From assembly GCA_030753015.1 (NCBI GenBank), contig JASMDC010000011.1:1-64000 (forward strand): a stretch of DNA of 64,000 nt, given 5' to 3'. Origin of the DNA: Candidatus Undinarchaeales archaeon. GTDB taxonomy: Archaea > SpSt-1190 > JASMDC01. The notes under the pieces were generated by a model. It was not told where the DNA came from. It made no database searches and was given only the letters and a program-made list of their open reading frames with translations. Positions 1 to 10,500 of the stretch are shown in pieces; the stretch's first letter is position 1, and the number at the start of each line of letters is the position of its first letter. The position numbers were made by a program, and so were the translations under genes.

Positions 1-299
1 TATACGTTTCCGTTATGCGTTTTCAAGAACGAGGCCGTTCAGCTCAGGGGTAAAATTCTAAAAGGTGCCGGTATTCGGTCGTGTCCTTAATGATACGGTA
101 AACAGTTAGTGGGGGGTCGAGCGGAGGGATTACCCTATACAAGTAGTATAAGACCATTCTCCTGATCCGGGCCCCACGTTACGTTCTTTAAAAAATAGAC
201 GCTTATCCACATCGGGTTGTTATCCGACATTCGGATGCCATGTTGAAATGCTATGATATCCGGACCGACCCGTTCCCCGGACAGGCGAGGACCGGAGCA

Positions 300-1124
300 T
301 CAGTCACAGTAGGTATAATTGATACCGAAGCTGCAGCCCATCAAGGCACAATTCTGCTCATTGACCACTCTTTTTTCCTCTTCGATGATCTTTGAAAGGT
401 CGTCCCCCTTGGATCGATAGAGGCACTTCTGCTGTGGTTCATTACCGCAACACCCGCAACCGCATGCAAGATACCACTCGACGGCAGCCTCCTCCGTCCC
501 CGTGCAGTCCTCAGGGCAGTTGCACGGCGACTCCAGCTCCTCGTCGCACACACCGTTCCCGCATGGGGCGCAAACGGTCGGCAGCTCCATCTGGGCCATG
601 CTCTCCATGCACGTGCCGTCCTCCGCCACCGAGTACTGGTCCTTGCGCAGCACGCGCACTCCGCCCTCGGGCCCGCAACCATCACCGCCAACCTCCAGCA
701 CGCACCGGCCGTCGCGGCACAGCGCCCGTGTCCGCGGTATGTCGGTGAGCTGGCAGGTCGGTACCATGAAGCACGTCGGTTCGAAGCACTGGTAGTCTGC
801 CTCGCACGCCTCCCCGTCCTTGATCGAGGTCTCCCACGCGCTGGCCCCGTTGCAGAAGAGGTTGTTGTTGTCCGTCCGGTCGCCCGGCGTGCACGGGGAC
901 GCAGCGCACCGGCCCATGTCCGCCTTGTAGTGGTCGCAGGCGTTCGAGGTGCACTCGGCATGTTCGCGACAGTCCTCACCTGCGGCCTTCAATGTTGCTG
1001 CTGGCGTGCTCGTCGTGGCGGGTGCGGCACCCGGCGCCACGTCCTCACCCTGCAGGCATCCTGGAAGGAGGAGGAGGCATCCGATGATCGCCAGCACAGC
1101 AGCATCACGAGGTATCATCGCCAT
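300..1124 (-). CDS. Cys-rich putative lipoprotein
   Basis: Start moved to ATG 1124 (GGTGA SD upstream, next to stop of previous gene); hydrophobic N-terminus with lipobox-like LLLPGC; many Cys incl. CGNGVCD..ESPCNCPEDC module. Confidence 0.75.
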   Translation of the reverse strand: MAMIPRDAAVLAIIGCLLLLPGCLQGEDVAPGAAPATTSTPAATLKAAGEDCREHAECTSNACDHYKADMGRCAASPCTPGDRTDNNNLFCNGASAWETSIKDGEACEADYQCFEPTCFMVPTCQLTDIPRTRALCRDGRCVLEVGGDGCGPEGGVRVLRKDQYSVAEDGTCMESMAQMELPTVCAPCGNGVCDEELESPCNCPEDCTGTEEAAVEWYLACGCGCCGNEPQQKCLYRSKGDDLSKIIEEEKRVVNEQNCALMGCSFGINYTYCD

Positions 1125-1132
1125 CACTGTAC

Positions 1133-4100
1133 TCACCCTGTAACTTCGCTCCCGGGCAATTCTGCCTGCGGCACTATGCGCTCGACGGTGGGGATGCACC
1201 CGCACTCCTTGGGCTCGATTGTGCACACGTCCTTGTCCACGTGCAGCTCGCAGGTGTCCAGGCAGCGCTTCGCCGTCACCTTGAGCTTGCATTCGCCGTA
1301 CACGATGGACGCGTCGATGTCGATGTCACCGAACTCGGTCTGCTTCATGACCACCAGGCGCGACTCGGGGAACAGGTCGGAGGGGACGATCATGTCGAGC
1401 CACACGGTCCCGTCGTCGGTACGGGCGACGATCCTTATGAGCGTTGTGGTGTCGGCCGGCACGTTGACGGGATCCGAGACCAGGGACGCGCTCTCCTGCG
1501 GTACCAGTATATCGGCCGTGATGTATGGTGCAAGCTCGACCGAGTGGTTGGCAGCATGGAGCACCTCGCCGCCCTCGGTGACGACCGAGAGCTCGACCTC
1601 GCCCGAGAACGGGCGCGGGTGCCAGTTCTGGAGCTCTATGGCCGCACGCACGTCGAGCGGTTCGCCCGAGCGGCTGACTGGACGGTCCTCCCTGTCGATG
1701 AAGAACGCATAGGTGAGCGTGAGGTCGAACGCCCTGACCTTAAGGCGCGCATCGGCGTAGATCTTCGGATTATCGTGGGCGAGGCAGTCATGGGTAACGG
1801 TGGAGCCGGTGCACGGATTGTCCCCGGCCTCGGCGTGGAGCACGTCGCGGAATAGGACGTGGTCCGTGGAGTTGATGACCTCCGCATGGAGCCCGAACGT
1901 GGCCCCGTCCATCGACGGCGGTATGGTGTACGTCCGTGTGTGGAGCTCTGTCGTCCCCTCGGAGCCCGTGGTCGCTGTGCTCTCGCTCTTCGTGCCGTCG
2001 AGCATGTTCCCGTCATGGGTGATGGTCCGGGTGACGGTGAGCTGGCCCTCGCCCTCGACGACCACGACGCCCGCCACGGTGTCCCCCGGATAGGCCTCGC
2101 GGGCCGTGGTGTTCTCGGGGAGGAGGATGAAGGAGCCGTCGCGCACGGCGCCCACGTCGAGCATCGTTGCAAGCTCGCCGATCTCGGAGACAACCTTGTC
2201 GCCCGCGTAGGTGGAGACCGAGGCCTTGGGGCGCAGGAATCGGATGTTCCCCTGTCTGTCCGCCTCGAGCGGGTCGCTGGTCAGCGTCAGGTTGTCCCGT
2301 GCCTCGAGCTGGAAGTTCTCGTCCGACACGAACACCGCGGTCTTCATGCACGAGCACCCGCCGGTCTCCGGACAGGTGCAGGTGAACAGCTTGTCTACCT
2401 CGATATCGATCGATCCCTCGAAGGGGAACACCCCGGAGTTCTCGACGCGCGCTGTGATGTCCACAATCTCACCCGGCAGGACGGCATGCACGTCGTCGGC
2501 GAAGGAGACGCTCAACCGCAGCGAGGGGGCCAGGGCACGGCACGCCTTGATGCAGGAGATGATGCGGGCGGAGGGGCCTGTGGCCTCGGCGGGGACGCAC
2601 TGGGCCATGCAGTGGATGGCGGACTGCGGGATGTCGTGGCCCGAGCCGTCCTCGTCGAGGCGACCGTCACCGTCATCATCGATGGTGTTGACCATGTCCT
2701 CGTCGATGTCGCCGTCACCGTCGTTGTCGAGGCCGTCGCCGCACGAGGAGACGCAGTCCATGCCCTCCAGGTTCTCGAGGCAGTTGCTCTCGCAGGTCAC
2801 GTTGATCTCGTTGCACCTGACGGTGCACAGCCTGGCTGCATTGACGTCGTCGGGGAACCGGTCGAAGCAGATGGTCTGGCACCGGTCCTCGTCCGAGCAG
2901 CCGTCCGCATTCGCCACGCACACGCCGCGGCAGCATACGCCGCCATCGCACTCCTGACCGTCGGCCTTGTCATCGCAGGCCGGTGAGCCCGAGCACGCGC
3001 TGGCGCCGGGAACGCAGTTCTTGTCGCAGCACATCCCCTCCTCGGCACCGGCGGCGCAGGGGATGCCCTCGTGGATGTCGCACTGCTCGTCAGGCGACCC
3101 GCAGGACTGGGCTCCGGGGATGCAGGTGGTGTCGCAGCAGAGGCCCTCGACGCCCTCGCACGCGTCGCTCTGGACCTTGCCCGCGCATTCGATCGAGCAC
3201 GCCAAGGCCCCGGGGACGCACCGGTGCTCGCAGCAGAGCCCGCCCTCGCACTCGGTACCGTCCGCAGCCTCGGCACAGGTGTCGGTGGTACAGGCAGTGG
3301 CGTCCGGGACGCACAGGAGGTCGCAGCACCAGCCGCCGGAGCAGGCCCTGTCCTCCTCCTCGCACGTTTCGCCATCGCACGAAGAGGCGTCGGGCACGCA
3401 CTGGCCCTTGCAGCACAGCCCGCCCTCGCACTCCGTCTTGTCGGGCCGTCCGAGGCAGGTGTTCCCCGCGCACTTGGCCACGCACCGCATCGCATCCTCC
3501 GATCCGGCCGTGTGCTTGACCGAGCACATGTCCTCGCAGGTCACATCGCAGGTCTCTGCGGTGATGCGCTTCTCGGCCTCGAGCCCGCGGCCCGTGCAGC
3601 AGAGGTCGCCGGAGCCGTCCTTGCACAGGCCGAAAGTGACCTTCGAGGAGGTGCCCGTGGTCGAGACGTCCCCGATGAGCCGGCATGCACCGGCCCAGTG
3701 CTTGGCCTTCCTATCGGCCGTGAGGGTGCTCGTGATGACGCCGTACTTACGACCGGCGGCGTGAAGGTACTTCCCGTCCCCGAGCCAGATACCCGTGTGG
3801 GAGATGCCCTGTTTGTAGGTGTTCTTGAAGTAGATGGCGTCCCCGCGCACAGGTTCGTCCACGAGCTTGCCCTGCTTGCGGCACCACTCGTACTGGGCGG
3901 AGGCCGTGCGGGGGATGTTCACGCCATGCTTCTTGAACACCTGCTGGGTGAGCGACGAGCAGTCGATGTAACACTTCCCGCCGGAGCAGTAGGGTACCTT
4001 GGTGGACATCTCGTAGTTCCAGCCCAGGTACTCCCTGGCAGTCCCGCACACGGCGTCGGACTTGTCGGAGTCGGTCCTCGTCGCACCCTTGAACGTCTCG

Positions 4101-7100
4101 ACGCCAGCGGTCTCGCCCACCATCTTCTCGCAGCACGCCGCGAGCTTTGCGGCCAGCGCCGAGTCCACCCTCTCGTCGCAGGTGGCGTCGGTGATCTGCT
4201 GTAGGCCCTCGACCAGGCACACGCACACTCCCAGCTCGGGATGGCAGTGCCCCTGGGGAGCGCCCATGGAGCCGCACACCAGCGAGCACTGTTCGCTCGC
4301 ACCCCCCGGACCCGTGCCAGGGGAGGATGACGGAGGGCCACGGTAGTCGAAGCATTTCTGTGAGTCGAGGAAGATCGCCTGCGGGTCCAGCTTGCCCATG
4401 GACACGAGGCTCATAAGAGGGGCGTCCGGCCACACGTCCAGGTTCGACTCGCGGACGGTGACGGGCTTGGGCTCCTGGAGGCACCGGCCGACCTGCTTGT
4501 TCTCTTTGGCGCACCCATCGCAGGAAAGATCGTTGGCCACGGCGGTGATCTCCTGGAGGGTCGCAGGTCCGGTGAGAACGCACTCGTCGTCGAACACAGA
4601 GGTGTCCACGGTCCCGTCGAACATGCACAGCTCAGCTCCCTTCCATCCCTCGGTGGCCTTGATCTGGTACGAGTTGAGATCTCCTGCCTCCTGGTTGTGG
4701 GTCCCGCTCACGTCGTTCTTGAGCTCGTTGCTCCCGGCGAGGCCGACGATGTCGATCGCCAGCTTCTGGAACTGTGCCAGGGTCGTCTCCCCGTTCGTGG
4801 CGAGCTCGTTGGAGCTTTGCTCGATGCCCAGCAGGATGTCGATGGTGTCCTTGCGTGTCGTCGCCGCGCCCTGGCGCAGGTTCTCCTCCTCGGCCTGTGC
4901 CAGCTCGCGCATCTTGGCCTCGAGGGACGGGTAGACCTTGTCGTAGTGCTCGAGGAACCGGACCGCGCGGCCGATGGCGTCCGCCACGTGGCCGGGGCTG
5001 TGCGTCCGTCCGTCACCGAGGACCGCCGAGCCCTCCACGGTGCACAGGTCTTTTACGTCAAAGGCCTTCTGATAGCACTCTTCCAGCGTGCGGGGGAACA
5101 CGAGAGCGTGCTCGCGCTTCTCCTTCGAGACCACGACCGCCGAGCAGGCGTCGGTGTCGGTGAACCGCTTCCCGTCCTTGCACACATCTCCGTCCTTCTC
5201 GTGGCAGCAGGAAACGGTGAGCGACTGGCCGGAGACCTCGCACGACGTGACGCCCAGGTCACCGCCGTCCCCTTCCTCCTTGGGTGTGAGCGTGCACCCG
5301 CTGGATGGCACGGTCCGCAGGCCCGCCGGGCACCCCTCCTCGCACTTGTCCTTGTCGGTGTACCGGCACTCGCCCTCGACCGGGTCGATGTCGTCCTTGC
5401 CGCACTTGGTGGTGTCGGCCGGATCGTTCCCCGCAGCGCATCCCGTTCCGGGGCAGCAGGGGAGCACGATGCACAGCGAGCACGTCTTCGCCTTCTTCAG
5501 GGCGTCAGCGGGCCGGGCGTCCTTGAGGCAGGCGGCGAGCTCGGCAGGGCAGGCCTTCACCGCCATCTCGCCGCATACGGCGGGCGTGAACTCGGGGCTA
5601 GCCACGCCCTCGGGATCGAGATTCAGCTCGTCGCACGATGTGTACTCGCCCGTGAACTGGGTGATGGCCTTCTCGCACTGCTTCTCCTGCTTCCTCAGCG
5701 CGTCCTCGAGGACGACGAGGTGTTCTTTGAGCGCCATGTAGAACTGTTTCATCTTGCCCAGCGTCTCGATGAGGTCGGCGCGGTACTCGTTGATGTTGTC
5801 GTACGTCCGGTCGGGGCAGGTGAGCAGCGACGTGTCCAGGCTCACGGACGCATGGGCACCCGCATCGATGGGATCGACGGTCACGCTGGCACGCTGTGTG
5901 CTGTCGGGCTCGCACTTCGTGCCGAGGTAGGGGATCGTTTCGAGATCGAGAGTGCCCGGGAGGATGGCGCCGGTGGCGGTCGTGGCCATGGCGGGCGCGC
6001 TCTGGGCTCCGGAGGGCATCGACGCCTCGAGGTGGTCCATGCACTTCGTCGTGTCGCAGGGACCGGTCACGCACATCTCGACCCTCGTCTTGTCACCACC
6101 GCCCTTGGTACCGGCCATCACCTGGCACCCAGCACAGGGATTGGCGTTGGTGTCGTCCTCACCGTTGGGCGCCCCGTCGTTGTCCCAGTCATCGTCCTGA
6201 GCGTTCGGGATGCAGTCGCCGTCGAGGTCGAGGTTGGTGACCCGGGGATCGGCGTCGGTGGAGTCCGGGATGCTGTCCCCGTCGCAGTCGTAGAGGTACC
6301 GGCAGTCCTCGACCTCCTGGTTGTCGGGGAGGCCGTCGTTGTCGTTGTCGCCGTCAAGGGTGTTGGGCGTTCCGTCGCCGTCGATGTCCTGGTCCTGGGC
6401 GTTGGGGATGGAGTCGCCGTCCATGTCGTCGTCGAAGTTGTTGCAGATGCCATCACCATCGATGTCGTTGCGCGGGTCCACGGACCCGGTGCTCCCTGAC
6501 TCGAGCTCGGGGAGCGGGTCGATGGCCTTGTCGTTCACCCTGATCTCGAAGTGGAGGTGGGGTCCCGTGGAGTACCCGGTGCTACCAACGAGGGCGATCT
6601 TCTGTCCCTGGCTGATGTCCTGACCGGTGGAGACCAGCAGCTTGGAGCTGTGGCCGTACCGTGTCTGGACGTTCTTCCCGTGATCGATGTACACGACGTT
6701 CCCGTAGCCCGTGGCCCACCCGGCGTACTTGACCTTGCCGGCCCCCGCGGCGACGATGGGCGTGCCCTGGGTCTGAGAGATGTCGAGCCCGTGGTGGTAG
6801 GAGCTGCAGTCGGCACAGGGTTTGGGACGCGGTCCGAACCGGGAGGTGATCCTGCCCTTGAGGGGCCAGATCCACTGGCTGTTGGTGAGGTAGTCCGGGC
6901 AGTTGACGGTACCGGCGGCAGGCGAGAGGGCCGGGACGTCGGCGGGTGTGCCCCCCAGCTCCTTGCATGCCTTGCGGAAGGTCGAGTAGATCTTCTCGGG
7001 ATAGACCGTACCGGTCTTCTTGCAGTAGTAGTCGACATCGTTCCACTTGGTACCCGGCCCGTAGTACTTGATGCACGACTTCATCATGGCGTCGGCGAGC

Positions 7101-7594
7101 GACATCCCTTGCTTACGGTTCTCGATGGCGGTGGCCATGGCGCCGTTGCCCCGGTTGTACCCGAACAGGATGAGGGTGAGCACCTCGTCCTCGTTCGCGC
7201 CCATGTTCATCGCCTTGTCCAGGCTCCCCTTGAGGTGCTTCATACCAAGGTCGATACCGAACCGGACGTCGGTCTTGCACCTGCAGTAGTCGGGCGACCC
7301 CTTGTCCACCCGGCATGGGTGGTCGACCTGCATGATACCGCCGCAGTTGACCTGGGCCCTGCAGGACGATTCCCTGATGACCTGGGCCATGAGCATCACC
7401 GGATCGATGATCTTGTCGACGCCGTATTTGCCCATGAACTCGAGGAAGAGATCCTTGTACGGAGCGCAGGACCGCAAGCTGCTAGAGCCGAGCCGGGAGA
7501 GGTCGGCGCCCTCGCAGGCGGCGATCCCGGTGGCCGTCACGAGTAGGAGCGGGATGAGCAGGAGCACGAAACGGCGGACCGCGACCACGGTCAT
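1133..7594 (-). CDS. Giant secreted multi-domain peptidoglycan hydrolase (lytic transglycosylase/lysozyme-like + M23 peptidase + TSP3-like Ca repeats + NlpC/P60 + Cys-rich and Ig-like regions)
   Basis: Signal peptide; SLT motifs RESS/GIMQ/GYNRG; M23 HHGLD..YGH..HLH; DxDGDG repeats; NlpC/P60 DCS..HTG..LH; ATGA overlap with upstream gene. Confidence 0.9.
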   Translation of the reverse strand: MTVVAVRRFVLLLIPLLLVTATGIAACEGADLSRLGSSSLRSCAPYKDLFLEFMGKYGVDKIIDPVMLMAQVIRESSCRAQVNCGGIMQVDHPCRVDKGSPDYCRCKTDVRFGIDLGMKHLKGSLDKAMNMGANEDEVLTLILFGYNRGNGAMATAIENRKQGMSLADAMMKSCIKYYGPGTKWNDVDYYCKKTGTVYPEKIYSTFRKACKELGGTPADVPALSPAAGTVNCPDYLTNSQWIWPLKGRITSRFGPRPKPCADCSSYHHGLDISQTQGTPIVAAGAGKVKYAGWATGYGNVVYIDHGKNVQTRYGHSSKLLVSTGQDISQGQKIALVGSTGYSTGPHLHFEIRVNDKAIDPLPELESGSTGSVDPRNDIDGDGICNNFDDDMDGDSIPNAQDQDIDGDGTPNTLDGDNDNDGLPDNQEVEDCRYLYDCDGDSIPDSTDADPRVTNLDLDGDCIPNAQDDDWDNDGAPNGEDDTNANPCAGCQVMAGTKGGGDKTRVEMCVTGPCDTTKCMDHLEASMPSGAQSAPAMATTATGAILPGTLDLETIPYLGTKCEPDSTQRASVTVDPIDAGAHASVSLDTSLLTCPDRTYDNINEYRADLIETLGKMKQFYMALKEHLVVLEDALRKQEKQCEKAITQFTGEYTSCDELNLDPEGVASPEFTPAVCGEMAVKACPAELAACLKDARPADALKKAKTCSLCIVLPCCPGTGCAAGNDPADTTKCGKDDIDPVEGECRYTDKDKCEEGCPAGLRTVPSSGCTLTPKEEGDGGDLGVTSCEVSGQSLTVSCCHEKDGDVCKDGKRFTDTDACSAVVVSKEKREHALVFPRTLEECYQKAFDVKDLCTVEGSAVLGDGRTHSPGHVADAIGRAVRFLEHYDKVYPSLEAKMRELAQAEEENLRQGAATTRKDTIDILLGIEQSSNELATNGETTLAQFQKLAIDIVGLAGSNELKNDVSGTHNQEAGDLNSYQIKATEGWKGAELCMFDGTVDTSVFDDECVLTGPATLQEITAVANDLSCDGCAKENKQVGRCLQEPKPVTVRESNLDVWPDAPLMSLVSMGKLDPQAIFLDSQKCFDYRGPPSSSPGTGPGGASEQCSLVCGSMGAPQGHCHPELGVCVCLVEGLQQITDATCDERVDSALAAKLAACCEKMVGETAGVETFKGATRTDSDKSDAVCGTAREYLGWNYEMSTKVPYCSGGKCYIDCSSLTQQVFKKHGVNIPRTASAQYEWCRKQGKLVDEPVRGDAIYFKNTYKQGISHTGIWLGDGKYLHAAGRKYGVITSTLTADRKAKHWAGACRLIGDVSTTGTSSKVTFGLCKDGSGDLCCTGRGLEAEKRITAETCDVTCEDMCSVKHTAGSEDAMRCVAKCAGNTCLGRPDKTECEGGLCCKGQCVPDASSCDGETCEEEDRACSGGWCCDLLCVPDATACTTDTCAEAADGTECEGGLCCEHRCVPGALACSIECAGKVQSDACEGVEGLCCDTTCIPGAQSCGSPDEQCDIHEGIPCAAGAEEGMCCDKNCVPGASACSGSPACDDKADGQECDGGVCCRGVCVANADGCSDEDRCQTICFDRFPDDVNAARLCTVRCNEINVTCESNCLENLEGMDCVSSCGDGLDNDGDGDIDEDMVNTIDDDGDGRLDEDGSGHDIPQSAIHCMAQCVPAEATGPSARIISCIKACRALAPSLRLSVSFADDVHAVLPGEIVDITARVENSGVFPFEGSIDIEVDKLFTCTCPETGGCSCMKTAVFVSDENFQLEARDNLTLTSDPLEADRQGNIRFLRPKASVSTYAGDKVVSEIGELATMLDVGAVRDGSFILLPENTTAREAYPGDTVAGVVVVEGEGQLTVTRTITHDGNMLDGTKSESTATTGSEGTTELHTRTYTIPPSMDGATFGLHAEVINSTDHVLFRDVLHAEAGDNPCTGSTVTHDCLAHDNPKIYADARLKVRAFDLTLTYAFFIDREDRPVSRSGEPLDVRAAIELQNWHPRPFSGEVELSVVTEGGEVLHAANHSVELAPYITADILVPQESASLVSDPVNVPADTTTLIRIVARTDDGTVWLDMIVPSDLFPESRLVVMKQTEFGDIDIDASIVYGECKLKVTAKRCLDTCELHVDKDVCTIEPKECGCIPTVERIVPQAELPGSEVTG

Positions 7595-10500
7595 ACCCTC
7601 CCACGCGGTGCATATATAGGTTTCCTCGCGATCGCCGTCGCTGCCAGGAGGCCGAGCAGGGCAAGATGGGCGACGGTAAGGCCCGGGGCCGTGCGCATCT
7701 CCACGCCCATGGACTGGGCAGGCGAGCGGACCACCACGTCGATAGCACCGGAGTCGCGCAGTTCGCCGTCCTTCTCCTCTACATCGATGACGAGCGTCCG
7801 CTTCCCCGAGATGAGGCCGGTCACCTGGAGCAGGAGCTGGCGGTACTCCCAGGGTTGGAGCACGAAGGTCGGGCGGAAGATCATCACGTTGTCAGCGAGC
7901 ACACCGCTGGCCCGCACGGTAAATGTCTTTGCGACACCCGATGGATTTGCTATGTGGACGGCGATGACGTACGAATCGCCAAGGATTACCTCGAACTGGG
8001 TTTCCGATATGAGCAGAAGGTTGAGCTTGTTGGAGCACACCATGTTGATCGGATCCGCGAACTCCCCCTTGGCGCAGCACACGCCCATGGTGCACAGGTT
8101 GGAGGCACAGATCTCGTTGCACTGGCAGGCCTGGCCCTTATCGAGCCGTGAGCTCTCGGCCACGCATGCACCATTGCCGTTGCACACCTCGTACGCAGGA
8201 TCGCCCGAGTCGCACACGGTCCCGCACGCCGTGCACTGGGTGTTGCAGACGCCCAGGGGATGGATGTTATCGCAGACCTCTCCCTCCTTGCAGTCCGCGA
8301 CGGTCCGGCACAGGCCTTTCTTGGCCACGAACTTCAGCTCGAGGACATCGTCCACTTCGAGGAGCGGCACCTCCCACGCCACCAGGGAGACGGCGTCGAG
8401 GACCTTCACCTTACGGTCGAAGTGGAGCTCCTCGATGCTGTGGGTCACGCCCTTCTTCACGCGGTAGGGCACCACAACGTCCTCCATGGCCTGGCCCTTG
8501 GCGTTGTAGAGCCTGATGGTGAACAGCGACCAGTAGTACTCGATCCCATCGGGAACGGAGATCTCGACGAGGGCGGGGACGGTGACGGCGATGAGGTTGT
8601 CCTCGGTGAGGTTGAGGGTGAGGATGTCCGTGCGCCGTTTGAGCGCCAGTGCGGTCTTGGATACGTCCTCGCGCTCCACCTCCAGCCGGTACGACTCGCG
8701 CTCGGTGATGGTGATGGTCACCCATCCGGCAGCGACCTGGGCCACCTTGGACCGCACCTCGTCCATGAACGCGGGGTCCACGGCGACGCCCGACACGCTC
8801 GTCGCGAGGATCGCGTCCCGAAGCCGACCCTCCTGCTCGGCGAGCCGATCTTGCGCCACCTTCGTCTCGTCCACTTCGAACACGGTGTTGACCATGCCCA
8901 CAAGGACACGGAGCGCGGTCACCGTGGTCATGAGATCATCCGACGGGAGGTCGGTAAGCTGTGCCTTGGTGAAGAACTGCTCGATGGTCCTGTTGTTGAT
9001 GATGGCACGGAGGTTGTCCAGGGAGCGGGCGCGGTCCTGGATGCGTTCGAGCATGAAGAGCGCGGTGTCCATGCCCCCGGCGGTGCGGGCGTACTCCTGG
9101 GTTGTGGTGAGCCGGTAGAGGGCAACGACACCGTAATCGAGCGCCCGCGAGAGGTCCTCCTCCATGTTGAAGTCGAGCTCGGTGGCAGTATCCTTGATCG
9201 ATGCGTTGAGGGCGATGGTGGCGTTGAGGGCCTGGGCGAGCTTCGGGAACCGGTCCTGGAGCTGGGCGGCAAGGACCGCGGTCTCGCCCGCCGCGTTGGC
9301 CACCATCTCGTTGATAGCGGGCCCGAGCATCCTGGTGAGCTCCTTCTTCTTGGTCAGCGGGAGGATGTCGGCGTATCTGCGGGCCGCGAACCGGTTGTTC
9401 ACGTCCTCGAACCGATACCCGAGACCCAGCGGGACGTTGCACATGAACACGACCTTGGCAAGGTCGTCGTCTGCGAACTCGCACAGCAGGGCCGCCCGGC
9501 CCGCCAGCGCCATCAGGGTCTCCCGGCAGGCGGTGAGCCCGCCGAAGAAGCACTCCTGGAATGTGATCATGTCGGTGTTGAGGAGGCCGTCGCAGATCTG
9601 GGTGTTGTCGATGCAGAGGTCGAAGTGCTCACGGCACTCCTCGTCGTCCAGGCAACGCTGACAGGTCTGTAGGTGGCGTGCGCATTTGAGACAGCGGTTG
9701 TTGTTGGACGCGTCCGTGTACAAGCAACCCTCCAGACCGCCGATGAGCTCATCGGTGCAGTTCTCGGGATGGAACAGGCAGAAGTGGCACTGTGTCTGCC
9801 GCACCTGGCACTTGTCGATGTGGTCGAAGCACCCGTCCGTGCGGTCACAGACATCGCACATGGTCGTCGGGTACGAGAGGGTGACCGACGAGTAGAAGCA
9901 CTGGTCCGTCGTTGCCGAGATCCTTACGCGTTCGCCCGTGGCGTTGAGCCGGATATGGGTGGCATAGCCCAGTTCCTGGGGTAGGTCCTGGTACCGGCCC
10001 TTGAGATAGGTGAGGCCCTGGTAGGTGTCGAACAGGTCGAACATCGGGTAGGTGCAATGGCATCCCAGAAGCGAGCAGGTGAAAATGTTGATGTCCAGGG
10101 ACGCGCCCGGGAACACCTCGTAGGTCTTGCTCTCGGCGCAGCTACCCTGGTTGAACGGATCACGGAGGGGATCGGTGGCGCAGGCCTCTTCCGCGTAGAC
10201 AGGGGTCTCCCGGGCGAACACCTCCAGGCCGATGGCCGGATGGTAGTCGCCATGGTAGCAGTAGCCGGCGGTGCCGCACCACTTCTCGTCCACGTCGTCG
10301 CCGCAGCACGTCCCCTCGCGCCATTCCTCCTCCACGCACTGCTCGCAGTAGTGGGCGTCGTCGTCCGGATCGGCGACAGGATGCCACACACCCTCGAGGC
10401 AGTAGCCCCGGTCACCGCACCAGGACTCGCCCGGGTCGTCGCCGCAGCACTCCTCGTCCGAGAGGTCGTAGAGCGATTCCCAGATGTTGCCCGCACAAGC

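Noticed and set aside
203-211. Perfect DnaA-box sequence TTATCCACA
   Set aside because: Single copy in an archaeal context; no box cluster, ORB elements or cdc6 nearby, so probably chance.
9500-9900. Many CxxC motifs suggesting a multiheme cytochrome
   Set aside because: No CxxCH motifs seen; more consistent with disulfides.
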